Origin: the human T2T-CHM13v2.0 reference genome, Homo sapiens
Assembly: GCF_009914755.1 (NCBI RefSeq)
Contig: NC_060938.1
Strand: one strand, 5' to 3'
Length of the DNA stretch: 64,000 nt
A program made the translations under genes and the position numbers. This document shows, one piece after another, positions 44,341 to 60,221 of this stretch. The notes under the pieces are model-generated. The model searched no databases. It had not been told where the DNA came from and saw nothing but the letters and a program-made list of their open reading frames with translations. The first letter of the stretch is position 1. Each line of letters begins with the position of its first letter.

Positions 44341-45262
44341 CTTTGTGGTTTTATCTACTTTTGGTCTTTGATGATGGTGATGTACAGATGGGTTTTTGGT
44401 GTGGATGTCCTTTCTGTTTGTTAGTTTTCCTTCTAACAGACAGGACCCTCAGCTGCAGGTCTGTTGGAATACCCTGCAGTGTGAGGTGTCAGTGTGCCCC
44501 TGCTGGGGGGTGCCTCCCAGTTAGGCTGCTCAGGGGTCAGGGGTCAGGGACCCACTTGAGGAGGCAGTCTGCCCGTTCTCAGATCTCCAGCTGCGTGCTG
44601 AGAGAACCACTGCTCTCTTCAAAGCTGTCAGACAGGGACATTTAAGTCTGCAGAGGTTACTGCTGTCTTTTTGTTTGTCTGTGCCCTGCCCCCAGAGGTG
44701 GAGCCTACAGAGGCAGGCAGGCCTCCTTGAGCTGTGATGGGCTCCACCCAGTTCGAGCTTCCCGGCTGCTTTGTTTACCTACCGGAGCCTGGGCAATGGC
44801 GGGCGCCCCTCCCCCAGCCTCGCTGCTGCCTTGCAGTTTGATCTCAGACTGCTGTGCTAGCAATCAGTGAGACTCCGTGGGCGTAGGACCCTCCAAGCCA
44901 GGTGCGGGATATAATCTTGTGGTGCGCCGTTTTTTAAGCCGGTCAGAAAAGCGCAGTATTTGGGTGGGAGCGACCCGATTTTCCAGGTGCGTCCGTCACC
45001 CCTTCCTTTGACTCGGAAAGGGAACTCCCTGACCCCTTGCGCTTCCCAAGTGAGGCAATGCCTCGCCCTGCTTCGGCTCGCGCAGGGTGCACACACCCAC
45101 TGACCTGTGCCCACTGTCTGGCACTCCCTAGATAGATGAACCCGGTACCTCAGATGGAAATGCAGAAATCACCCTTCTTCTGTGTCGCTCACGCTGGGAG
45201 CTGTAGACCGGAGCTGTTCCTATTCGGCCATCTTGGCTCCTCCCCCACCCCCGTATTATCTT

Positions 45263-46740
45263 AAAAATTAGTAAGTACGTGAGTATTTTCAGATCTTACA
45301 AGAGTGAACATGATTTAATTTTGACTTTTCATTTGATGCAGTATTTTGGCTACATAACAAATTCTAGGTTGAAAGCAGTTTTGCCTCAGAATTTTGAAGG
45401 CATTTTTCAATGTCTTCAGTCTTCCATATTCCTGCAGCAGAGAGCAATTTTATTCTGAAAACTGCATCCTTTTATGTAATCTCTGTAAGCTTTTGATATC
45501 TTATGTATGTTCTATTTTGAATTTTTACAGCATTGTGCTTGCTGTATCTTTTTTCATTATCTCTTCTTTTCAGTCAGCTTATTTTCTAATGTGGAAATTG
45601 CTTATTCATTTCTAAACTATTTTCTTATATTGCTTCTTTGAAAACTTTTCTGTTTGTTTTGTCTCTTCTCACTTTGTGGAACTTTCATGAGAGGGAGGTT
45701 GAATCTCCTAAACTGATTTTATTTTCTTACAATTTATTTCTTATTTTCCATTTCTTTGACTTTTTGTTCAGTTTTCCAGGAGATTAGCTTGATTTTATTT
45801 TCCATCTCTTCCATTGGATTTTTAAACTTTTTGCTATGGCAGTGTTAATTTCTAATAGCTGTTTTGTTTTTTGACCTCTTATATTTTCTTTTTCATATCC
45901 CCTTGATATTATTTTATTGATTCAATGTTGTATGATCTAATGTCATTAATTGCTAATATTGTTGAAGTTTATTTCTTCCTAAAGTTTCTTTTGCCTTTTG
46001 TTGGTTTTAGTCTGTCTTTCCTATTAGAGGCTTTCCTTGAATATGTAATGATCCTAAGCTGACAGTTTTTGCCTTTTTAAAATTTTATTTTTAATTTTTG
46101 TCAGTACATAGTAGGTGTATATATTTACATGGCACATGAGATGTTTTGATACAGGCTGAGAGTTTTAAGCATGAGACACTAAAAATCTTTTTGGAAATTG
46201 TGTGTGTGGCTGAGGCTTGTCATTAAGTGGCTGCAATATAGGGTGATTGAGTGACTGATAGACTTTCTCATTGGGGAAACAAAAAATGTTAGTATTTATA
46301 TGTCTTTTCTTTTGGATTGGTTGTTATTATTATTTTTTAGAGTCAAATCCTCCCTTCTTTTTCTTGGGGTTTGTCTTACTATCAGTAGCCTGGGATCACA
46401 GGGTAGGCTCTCTTTGCTCCCAATACAGAATTTTTTAGATTCCCTTGTTCTCAGTATGGCCACATGTTGGCCTGCAATTTTGCCTGGTGTACCTAGGTCC
46501 ATAGCTCTCATGTTCAAACTCTCTAATTGGTTAACCTGATCTTCCTAGGTGGGGAAGAAACAGTCTCAGAAAGATGAAGGGGATCTTGTTTCAAACTCCT
46601 GAGGCAAATTATCCACCAAACCTCTTTTGTTCAGCCTCACCCTTCATGCTAGCTTTCAGATATATTTGGTGCTTCAAAATCCTGAGCTTTTTGAGAATTT
46701 CCTATCAGAATAAAGTTAATTCTCATTGGTATCATCCTTC
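45263..46740 (-). mobile_element. Old HAL1/L1ME-like relic interrupted by younger insertions, continuing left of 39215
   Basis: attctaggttgaaagcagttttgcctcagaattttgaaggcatt and T-rich ORF1-like antisense composition. Confidence 0.5.
46070..46154 (-). mobile_element. ~85-bp extremely 5'-truncated L1MA insertion
   Basis: L1MA 3' end (tacatagtaggtgtatatattta...catgagatgttttgatacagg); TSD gctgacagtttt (46058-46069) / gctgagagtttt (46155-46166) followed by AA. Confidence 0.8.
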
Positions 46741-47002
46741 TGCAGATATTTTTTATCTTTAAAAAAATCAATAAATGTAAAATAGCTTTTAATATGTGGT
46801 TAATAAATCAACCACACCATAGACTTTCTTGATAATTAAATTAAAAACATAAGACAGAGTAGGCTATTATCTGTTAGCCATTCATCCCATTGAAATTCCT
46901 CTGGATTTATTTGTATGCATTTTAGAATTTAGATTGTCCAGATTTATGTTATTTTAATGTGGCAAGTATAGTTTTCTTTTTTTTAGTATTTTAAAAACGT
47001 GT

Positions 47003-49074
47003 TTAATTATTTATTTTATACTTTTAAGCTCAGGAGTACAAGTATAGGTTTGTTACATAGGTAAACTTGTGTCATGGATTTGTTGTACAGATTATTTCAT
47101 TACCCAGGTATTATGCATAGTACCTATTAGTTGTTTTTCCTGATCTTGTCCCTCCTCCCACCCTCCACTCTCCAAAAGGCTTCAGTGCCCATTGTTCCCC
47201 TCTATGTGTCCATGTGTTCTCATCATTTAGATCTCAATTAAATGAGAACATGGGGTATTTGGTTTTCTGTTCTTGTTAGTTTGCTAAGGATAATGGCCTC
47301 CAGCTCTATCCATGCCCCTAAAAAAGACATGATCTGTCTTTTTCATGGCTGCATAGTATTCCATGGTGTATATGTACCACATTTTCTTTATCCAGCCTAT
47401 CATTTATAGGCATTTAAGTTGATTCCATGCCTTTGCTATTGTGAACAGAGTTACAATGAACATATGCTTGCATGTGTCTTTATCATAGAATGATTTGTGT
47501 TCCTTTGGATATATACCCAGTAATGGGATTGCTGGGTCAAATGGTATTTCTGTCTTTCGATCTTTGAGAATTGCTACACTGTCTTCCACAATGGCTGAAC
47601 TAATTTACACTCCCACCAACAGTGTATAAGCATTCCTCTTTCTCCACAACCTTGCCAACATCTTTTTTATTTTATTTTATTTTTTTACTTCTTAATAGTA
47701 GTCATTCTGACTGGTGTGAGATGGTATCTTGCTGTCATTGTGATTTTCATTTGCATTTCTCTAATAATCAGTAATGTTGAGCTTTTTTTCATATGCTTGT
47801 TGGCCACATGTATGTCTTCTTTTGAAAAGTGTCTGTTCATGTCCTTTGCCCACTTTTTATGGAGTCGTTTGATTTTTTTCTTGTAAATTTAAGTTTTTTA
47901 TAGTTGCTTGATATTAGACCTTTGTTGGATGCATAGTTTGCAAAATTTTTCTCCCATTCTGTAAGTTTTCTGTTTACTCTGTTAATGGTTTCTTTTGCTG
48001 TGCAGAAGCTCTTTAGTTTAATTAGATCCCATTTGTGGATTTTTGCTTTTGTTCCAATTGCTCTTGGCATCTTCATCATGAAATCTTCCTGTGCCTGTGT
48101 TCTGAATGGTATTGCCTAGGTTGTCTTCCAGGGTTTTTATAGTTTTGGGTTTTACATTTAAGTCTTTAATCCATTTTTAGTTAATTTTTGTATACAGTGT
48201 GTAAAAAAAGGGTCCAGTTTTAATCATCTTCATATGGCTAGCCAGTTATCCCAGCACCACTGATTGAATAGGGAATCCTTTCCCCATTGCTTGTTTTTGT
48301 CAGGTTTGTCCAAGATCAAATACTTGTAGGTGTGGAGTCTTATTTCAGGGTTCTCTATTCTGTTCCATTGGTCTATGTGTCTGTTTTTGTACCAGCACCA
48401 TGCTGTTTTGGTTACTATCACCCTGTAGTACATTTTGAAGTCAACTAGTATGATGCTTCCAGCTTTTTTTTTTTTTGGCTTAGGATTGCCTTGGCTATTT
48501 GGACTCTTTTTTGGTTTCATAGATGTTTAAAATAGAATTTTAAAATAGTTTTTTCTAGTTGTGTGAAGAATGTCAGTTGTGGTTTAATGGGAATAGCATG
48601 AAATCTATAAATTGCTTTGGGCCGTAGGACCATTTTAATATTTATTCCTCCTATCCATGAGCATGGAATGTTTTTCCATTTGTTTGTGTCATCTGTGATC
48701 TCTTTGAGCAGTGGTTTGTAGTTTGCCTTATAGAGATCTTTCACCTCCCTAGTTAGCTGTATTGCTGGGTATTTTATTCTTTTGGGGGCAGTTATGTATG
48801 GGATTCATTCATTATTTGGCTCTTGGCTTGCTGTTGTTGGTGTATAGGAATGCTAGTGGTTTTTGCACATTGATTTGGTATCCTTAGACATTGCTGAAGT
48901 TTATCAGTTTAGGAAGATTTGGGGGACTGAGACAATGGGATTTTCTAGATATAGGATCATGTCATCTGCAAACAGGGAGAGTTTGACTTTCCTTCTTCCT
49001 GTTTAAATGCCCCTTATTTCTTTCTCTGGCCTGATTGCCCTGGCCAGAACTTCCAGTAGTATATTTAATAGGAG
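47003..49074 (-). mobile_element. 5'-truncated L1PA13-like LINE-1
   Basis: 3'UTR ggtttgttacataggtaaacttgtgtcatgg...tgttgtacagattatttca; fragmented ORF2 (47404-48744). Confidence 0.9.
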
Positions 49075-50059
49075 GATATCTACTTCTGGATTTTTTTTTA
49101 AGTATTCCAAAACAATCTTTATACTGAACAAATTCTTTTGCTGAAAAGCATTGATAGTTTTATGGTGCTAAATTATATTCTTTGAAAATAGGCTTTTGTT
49201 ATCATGTGCCATCATATCTCATACTGTCATGTTATTGCTAACTTTAATTGCCTGGTTATTGAATATCTAAATTTCACCAGAAAAGTGTTTTTTATTCAGT
49301 GGAGTAAGAGAAAGGAGTAATCAAATAACCTAGTGTCCATGATGTATAATATAGGATCTGCAGCTATTGATCAACTTGAATGGATACTTATAGGTTTCCA
49401 TGTGCTCAGGAACCAGCATTTCTCATGTGTTTCACCTTCATTAATCCTTTCCAAAAAAATTTTGTGCAGCACAGAGGAGGTTCCTCAGAGAATCCAGCTA
49501 ATGCTGGTTGCTTCTTACCTAGAGAAGGTCTTAGATATGTGGTTCTCTTCCGAGCAATCTCATTAATCTTTTTTGTCATGGAGTGTTTAATTCCTGGGAT
49601 AGTAATGTTGAGCTCACCTTTCGCTGTTACTCCAGTCCATATGCCTAAGATTTTACTTTGTTCCATATGAGTATGTATTAACTTTTGAACTACCTCTACT
49701 AAGGTTTATATTGCTTAGATGGTTTTATATCTAATTTTCAGAGTCTACAGTTTCAAAAGCCCATAGTATTATTTTAATAATTATTAAGTCATTATTAATT
49801 AGTATTCCCGTTTTTACTATTATTAATCATTGTCACTCCTATTGAAACGTAAAGTTTTGTGTCACATATAGCTTTCAATTTACGTTTATTTTCTAACATC
49901 TAAGGAAGGAAGTAGACTAATATATAGTTTGGAATTTGCAGTAGCTAGGGAGTTAATAAAATAAAAACATTTCAATTGATCTTGCAGAGATAAATAAGAT
50001 TAAATCAAACATAGAAAATGAAATGCAAAAAAAAAAAAATCTAAAAGACACAGAACAGG

Positions 50060-50490
50060 CAATTGCTAGTTGCCTATCCAATAATGATTCTCCTATTGTT
50101 TAATAATAGAACACAATGTAATTAAGTACTTTATCTTTCAACCTCCCTTTCCATTGCCATTAGGGGTGATGACTTGACACAATTCTGGTCAATGAGATAC
50201 ACTCAGAAGTAGCTGTTTAAGGGAGAAAGGGCTACTTAAAGGGAACAGGCCTGCTTGCTTCTTTGGCCTTTGTCTTTTGCCCTTTATTCTTCAACTTTCC
50301 TGCCCAGAAGATAGACACCCTTGGAGGTAGGGTAGCCATCTTTTGATAGGAGAAGAGACTCCAAGACAATAAACACTTTCTTGAATAGTTGAATCCCCTT
50401 GATTTCCTTTTTATGTACTTTGATTACATGGAAAAAATAATTCCCCATTTGAGTAAGCTGTCCTTGTAGGATTTTCATTAACTACTGCTG
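50060..50490. mobile_element. Degenerate MLT1 (J-like) LTR
   Basis: gacacaattctggtcaatgagat...gtagccatcttttga motifs. Confidence 0.4.
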
Positions 50491-52549
50491 AATTTAATTC
50501 CTAACCATGGAGACGTCCTCATGGTTTCTGAGGAGAGTCCTTTGCATGTTGCTTACATTCTACACTGCTGAGTGACACAGACTTCTGTGCTAAACTAATT
50601 TCCAGTGAAAACTATTTAGTATGATCTGTATCTCCTGAAGGAACAGTGGTTTTTATCTTTCATCTTACTGAAAACTTAGAAGTAATTGAGAGTCTTAAGT
50701 GGCTACATGACAAAAATGAGCTTCCTGCCATAATGTGTTCTGTTATCTGTAGTGTGTGGATAATCAGAGCCATAGATGGGGGTTTCTTCTTGCATTAATG
50801 AAAACCTTAGGGGTCATGCATGCAAAAGGGCAAACACACCTCACATCTCACCTCTAGCTAAATTAGGGCAATCTTCCAGCCTTTATTCTTCCAATCCTTG
50901 GCACTGTCTTCCAATAGTAAGCCTGCAAATCCATTTCAACCATGATATGTGATAAAACTGATGCTTAAAAATGAACCAATTATGCATGTATATAGGGTAT
51001 ATAACCGTTTAATGTCATTATCAATTTCCATAATTTATTCTACCTTTCTTTGGAACACTTAAAGCAAAAGTCTAACGGAATTTAAAGATGATATTTTCCA
51101 GAGTAAGATGTATATTAAAAATAATTTAGTTGTGCTGAACTTAGTGGTGTAAATACATTCTTAGAAATGGCAGTGCTAAATGAATTAGTGCTGTCTCAGT
51201 TAACATCACATGGTACTTACAGAATTGTATCTACAATGCCATTTATTCAAATCAATGTCTAGTTAGGGTTTGTTGGTTGATGACTTTATGTTTCTGCATT
51301 CTTTACAATTGTTTTAATGGTGGATTTTGCTAGGACTTGCATATGATTTACCTCAACCTGAGAATTTACTCACTCCACTCAGTAAAGCTGGCATTTTAAT
51401 GCAACCCATGCAGTACCCATGATTGCTTATTCTTTGCAAAATAATGAAAGTGTCTTCAGATAATAGGATGTAATCACACTAAAAGGGACTTTTGTGTAGT
51501 AAACAAAATAAAGAGATTAGAAAGTGTAATGGAAATGGAAGAAAGTGCAATAAAGTGGCTAAGTATTCATTTGCATGAGAGTAAATTCTGTCATACTGGC
51601 TGATCAGTGTGATGAAGAATCCTAACTATGTAGCTGCGCTAAATAAAGTATTGCTGCAGTCATTCAAATGTGCTTAATATTTTTAAAAGCATTTTCACAT
51701 TCATTTACTAAGACCCTTTTTTAAATTCCAAACATGTGTACTTCAATTTAATTTATGTTCAGTGTATCTGACTGTATTTTCATGCATTAAATTAATTTTA
51801 CCTTTAAATATGTACTTGATTCTGCTTTTAGGCAACACAGAATAGCATGTGGCAAAATTACACTCCCACTGTGAACAACTACAAAACTGGACAAAATATA
51901 TGATGCATCTGTTTTCTAGGATTGGACTATAGGCAGTGTAGATGTTTCTAAGAAGGGAAACATGCAAGGTGTACCCCAGGTTCATGGTGTCTTGCACAGG
52001 GCAGGACTGTGAGGCCTAGCTGACAGCACCTGCTCCAGGGCTGATAGCTAAAGGGAAATACCAGAGGTTAGGCAGTGCAGGAGATTTTAGTATTCAGGAC
52101 CAGGCCGAATGACAAGGCCTTACACACCTGAGACATTTAGCTGATACTCAGAAAGGTCATATTTAGAAATAATCACTAGAAAATAAGATGAGGGCCAGAG
52201 CCTAGGACCAAGCTCTAAGTGACAATGGACCCTCTTTAACAAAGCATAAAACAAACTCTTCAGGATCAAGGGGAATCTGCCAGTAGTTTAACTGCTAGCC
52301 AGATCACAGCTCAACACCCTTTACAAGAAGACAGTATAATGCAAATAATTCAGTTGAAACCCATGAAGCAGGTCTGAGTGCTGATGGTAGCTGGGGATAG
52401 GAGTCAAGGGTTGAATAAGGAAGTGACCCTGTGTGAAGTTTTGATTCACAGGAAGAAGGTATATAAAAGATAGTGGCATGACAGAGGCTGGAACCCTCAT
52501 GAGAAAGGCAAATTCTCAGGGAAGCAGTTTACTCCAGCAGTCCTGGATT

Positions 52550-53035
<486 letters not shown>

Positions 53036-53795
53036 TCATTATGTCATAGCATAATATATATGTGCATTTATTCTCAATGAGCATGAATTTTAATCCTAGG
53101 TCTTAGAAATATATCTTTGTTGTACAAATGTAAATGTTTGTTTTAAATAATAGGTTAATAAAGTCAATAATTCATTTAGGGCCAGAACATGGAAGAAAAT
53201 AAATTTGTAGCCAAAATGAAGTCACATTTAATGGCCACCCAGTGGGGGAAAGGAACATAAATCTCCCCAAAACACAGTGAATTGATGCCCAGGTGCTTGT
53301 TGATGCATTGTAAGCAAAGCTGGCAAATGCCAGTGAAGCTTTTCTTAGAGGTTTCTAAGCCTTTGGAAGATGTTGCCAAAACTTGACTCAAGTCACTGGC
53401 AGGAAGAACAAGCTCTCGAAAACTACTTGTTGCCACTCCAAGGGCCATTTTAGGTTATTGGTGCTTATCCAGAAGATTCTCCTGAAGTGACCTTAAGGTA
53501 CACGAAGCCCTATAGTGCCCTATTCTGAGCATTTGCACAACCTTCCCCTGTACAGGAAATGTCCCAGTGGCATTTTACAATGTGGAGGCAATGGCAGTGG
53601 CTGTGATGGTGTGTATGTGTGTGAACAGGGGCATTATGTGGGGGAATAATATAATTTGATTAGAATAACTGAGAAATTATCTGCCTTTGCTGGTACCTAC
53701 CAGATAGAAGCTCTGAATCCAGAAGCCTCAGGTCTTTTCCTGTTGATTTATTTACCTCTTTCTGTGCTGAAACTTACCACACTTATAAAAAAAAA

Positions 53796-55434
<1,639 letters not shown>

Positions 55435-55676
55435 GTATAGGTAATTATAACAAAAAAAACATAAGCAACTTTTCACTAATATTGTTCAAAGGGCAATGTT
55501 AACTATGAAAAATTTATGAAGAAACAGAAGACATTTTAATTAAAATATGTAAAAAGAGGTGTAGGAAAAAAGAGCCAAACAATAAATGCTGCTAAAAATT
55601 CTAATTTGAATACTTTTGGACATGTACATTATTTTCATTTCCAATTCCAACATTTCTACCATGCATTGTTAAAATA

Positions 55677-56822
55677 AGATTCTCTCAGAGGGAGTCTCTC
55701 GTGGGCCCTAAGCCAGCTATCAGTTCAATTCACAACACAGTATCGTTCTTGTTCTCATCTACTTCATTTTTAGTTGTTCATTTCTGATTCGTACTGAGTT
55801 GCTTATGGGGGCTTCACTGCTGTTTATACTCATCATGTAAAGATCAGTTGCTGTTTTCATTGCTTTCAAACTCCTAATTTTCAAAACAGCTGAGCAATTC
55901 ATGTCTTTCTGTGGAGTATGGGGAATGGCTTCCCTGCCTACTTTATTTGCCCCCTGTCCCCTAGGTCACACGTTTCATTTAGTATATACCTCTATGGAAT
56001 TGATCCTTATCATGAAAGCAATACTTATGTTTATGATGAAATAACTCTATAATATATGAAAGCAAACAATGAAATTTCAATTATGCTAATAGGCCTCAAG
56101 TCATCTTTTGATTATTTTTTAATTTTAACTTTAGGTGCAATACATTGTATTATTCGTTATTACTAGTTCATGACATATTACTTTATTATTCTTCCTATAA
56201 ACACTCATACACACACACAAACACATATGCTTTTATATAAAAACAACCCAAGTTTAAATTGTTTTCAAGCAGTTTGGCGACAATGTCCTCCTTGTCTTCT
56301 AACTCACTCCAATTATGTTTATGCTTAAGATTCTGTGATGCTTTTATGCTAAACCCAGAGTGTACATTGTCCCATATACATAACTCAAATATTCTAGGCC
56401 TTATAGCTTGTGACTGTAAGGAAGAGAGCACTTTCTTTTTACACTCAAAGTGTAATGGGATGCTTTCCCATTGGACGACTGCCTACAAGTAGCATCCTCA
56501 AAGTGTCTCCTGATAATTTATGAGATTCTCTCAGAGGGAGTCTGTCTTGGGCCCCAAGCCCGCTATCAGATGAATTCACAACAGTATCCTTTGAGTTCTT
56601 TTCTACTTCAATTTTTACTTGTTCACTTCTGATTTGTTCCGAGTTGCTTCTGGAAGCTTCACTGTTGTTTATATCCATCATGAGAATCAGTGTAAAGGTC
56701 AAAGTCATTGTTTTAATTGCTTTCAAACTTCTAGTTCTCAAGACACCTGAGCAATTCATGGTTCCATGTGGAATATGGCGAATGGCTTCCTTACCTACTT
56801 TATGCCCCACTCTGTCTCCTAG
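55677..56822. repeat. Diverged ~290-bp direct repeat pair (55677-55964 and 56523-56822)
   Basis: Both start agattctctcagagggagtct and share collinear blocks to gaatggcttcc...cctactttat...cctag; roughly 75% identity by eye. Confidence 0.92.
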
Positions 56823-57829
56823 ATACAAAGCAGCTTTACTTGTGCCCCAAACTTCAAGATATTTTCAGATCCCACCTCAATCTCTCTATCCATAGAAGTA
56901 CTAAAACAATCCCAAATAATAGGTTGAGGATAGATACCATGGAATCCCCTGTGTCCTTCTCCTCCCTCTCCTGATGCCCTGACTCCAGCCAAAGTTCCCC
57001 TATCCTTTTCTACTTACAAAGTGAAAACTTCTGCTTGTCAATGGAATCAAATGGATACTAGTCATTGAGAGCATAGGTGTTCTTTACATTAGTAATTCCT
57101 AGCAGTTAGTATGGTTTCTAGTTTCTAGTTACTCAAGTAGCCATTCATCTCCAGCTCAACTAGCTAACAAAACTCCCTCAATACAAAATATTTTCAAAGT
57201 ATGATTTAGCAGTACAAAATCTTAAAAATAACTCTAGTTTGTCATTCCTAGAGAGAATGTAACATCCTGACAAGAAAGCCAGAAAGAACATACAGTTTCT
57301 GTATTTCTATGCAGGATTATACCTCAATAAGAGTCATAAGAGTAAGGTAAATAATGAGTACAATAAGTTTATATTTCTTATTACTCTAGGAATCTCTATG
57401 GCACTGCCCTGCTTCCTTTCTACTAGGTTGGAAAAGATGAATGAATGAAAAGATGCTGCTGCCTCAGAGCTTTATCTCCAACCCGAATGGCAGCTGGTTT
57501 GCATAATTTGAGGATCATGTTATTGGGCAAGTTACTATCTTTTGTGAATCACAGTGCTTATTCAGGACATGCCTCTGCAGGATTAGAGCAGAGCAGATAT
57601 CCCAGCTCAGCCCCTACCCTCAAACTTCTCTTAAGATACCACATTTGAAACCTGGAAGCTTCTGGTTACATTAGAAGTATATCCAGCTCACAGGGGAAAG
57701 AGCAGTCATGGCTGGTTCTGGCAATTTAATATCAGAAAGTTGTAGATGGGCAAAGAATGGGATGTCTACTAAAGACCAGTGAATTCAAACTTGTTCATGA
57801 AGGTGTCTGCATTAGCTGAGCATTTCTTG

Positions 57830-58230
57830 TTGAATATTTACCTAGTGGATAACAATTACTATGTTGCTACTATATACCAGGTACTGTCCAAGGTAGGGAC
57901 AAAGATGACTAAGGTAAAACAAAATCTGAAGTTACCAGTTTTAGAAATTTTGTGGCAACGGTATGGAAAGTGGAAAGAAAGAGTGTGGTGAGAGATACAG
58001 GGAGATCTAGTTGGCCATTGAAATATCCAAACAAGTCGTGATGAAGGTGGAGACAAAATGTAGAAGACTGAAGAGAATAGAGCTGAGAGATAATTCAAAG
58101 AAAGTGTTGACATAATCTATTAGGTATGATGAATAAGGGAGGTGGAGAAAATAAGATGGCTCCTAGGATTTTAATTTCCTAACTGAGTAGATGCTGGTGT
58201 CTTTTCTTGAAACAATGCTTTAGGAAGTAA
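57830..58230 (-). mobile_element. L2 fragments
   Basis: tactatataccaggtactgtccaaggtagggac; aagatggctcctaggattttaatttc...gagtagatgctggtgtc. Confidence 0.55.
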
Positions 58231-59199
58231 AGTGGTTTTCTGTAATGATTGTGGTTAAGGCAATTAAAAAACATGGAATAGATCAATTGTAGGTATTGTG
58301 AGAACAAATAACTTGGTAATTGTGTATACGTGTGTGTGTGAATGTGAGTGGCAAAAATAGTGAATAATTTCCTGTTGTTTAGTGTCAATTTATGGACAAA
58401 TTACCATTTGTCTAAAGCTCAGTAAGGTTTAGCTGCTCAAGGAATATTTTCCTAATGGTGTTAAACTGAAAGCAATGAGCAGTGAGTGGTGTGTGTCTAC
58501 CAGGAAATAAGCCCCAAACCAGGTTAATAACATAATATGATATCTTGCTTGAGTGTACCTGTTACCCATAGGACTAGGCAGGTGCATCAAGAGATTGTAC
58601 AGAGAGAAACAGATGTGTAGAGAGTGAGGCACATGTATATGGTCAAATTTTGTATATATCACAATGTATTAGTGAGATTGTTCTTTAATCCTAACGTCTA
58701 TTCATATCTGAGTCCTAGAGGTCTAAGAAAAACTGAAAGAGTGTATCTACTATGCACTCTAGAGAGTACTGACAGCACGAGTGTCACTCAGAGCAAGAAT
58801 GCAAGAAATTTATACACCTCAGCAGAGAAAACAGCTCTGGCCTGGATTGCTTTTGGCATTTGCTGGCTGAGCCAATAGCTTCCATATTAAGTAGCTCCAG
58901 AAGCTTTGGCAGCAGCAGAAAACCTCCACTGATGCAGGTGTCTTTTCTCTTGGGCTTGGAAAGAGACACCTTGGCACATGCTGGCAGCCTTCACCCACAG
59001 TGTGGGCAATGGCAAAATAATGTGGATAGGTATAAACAATAGTGTCACACCATTGCTGCTCATCACTGCAAGAAGCCTGAGCCGTGAGGGAAAAATGGCC
59101 AATACTGCATGATGACTGAGAAAAGATGGTTAATGAGCACATGTGATGTGCTTGCTTTCCTGATGATTCTTTTACATTGGGGTGAGGTTTGTGGCTTTA

Positions 59200-59203
<4 letters not shown>

Positions 59204-59250
<47 letters not shown>

Positions 59251-59360
59251 CATATATATAGAGAGAGAATATATAAATATATATACTGTGTATGTGTGTG
59301 TATATATATACACTATGTATGTGTGTATATATATATTATATATATATACTATGTGTGTGA

Positions 59361-59414
<54 letters not shown>
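59204..59414. repeat. Compound (TG)n/(TA)n microsatellite
   Basis: Direct observation. Confidence 0.97.
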
Positions 59415-59417
<3 letters not shown>

Positions 59418-59877
59418 TTTTTACTATGACATTGCTAAGCACATGAGGCCACATAAAATTGTGAACATTTCGTACAGTCTTATTCTCTGGAAAGTATTTC
59501 ACTAGTTTGTGATTGTAGCCTCAGAATAAAATGGAAACAATGCTTTTCACAAATTACATTACACAAATCAGAATTGCTAACATTTCTTCTAATATCCCGA
59601 AGTAGCAGGATTTTACAACTATGTCATTTTCCTTCCTGTATACAATTAGGTGACACTACTATTATTTTTCTGTGCTGTCAAACCTCAGTTTTCTTGATTT
59701 CTGTGCACACCAAAACTATCAAAAGAATGTTATAATGCATGAGACACTTTTAGAAATGTCAATGGCCATAAATACTTTCAAAATGGTGAAAGTTTTTTTC
59801 ACTGAGTACTCTTTGTCTAGGGAAAACAAAACCAAAACCAAACCAACCAACCAACCAAAGAAACAAAAACCCTACAA

Positions 59878-60221
<344 letters not shown>

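Noticed and set aside
49333-49670. Overlapping ORFs with a gag-like phrase (LVASYLEKVLDMWF) and minus-strand donor-like sites
   Set aside because: A single weak motif with no supporting ordered motifs or acceptor; indistinguishable from chance.
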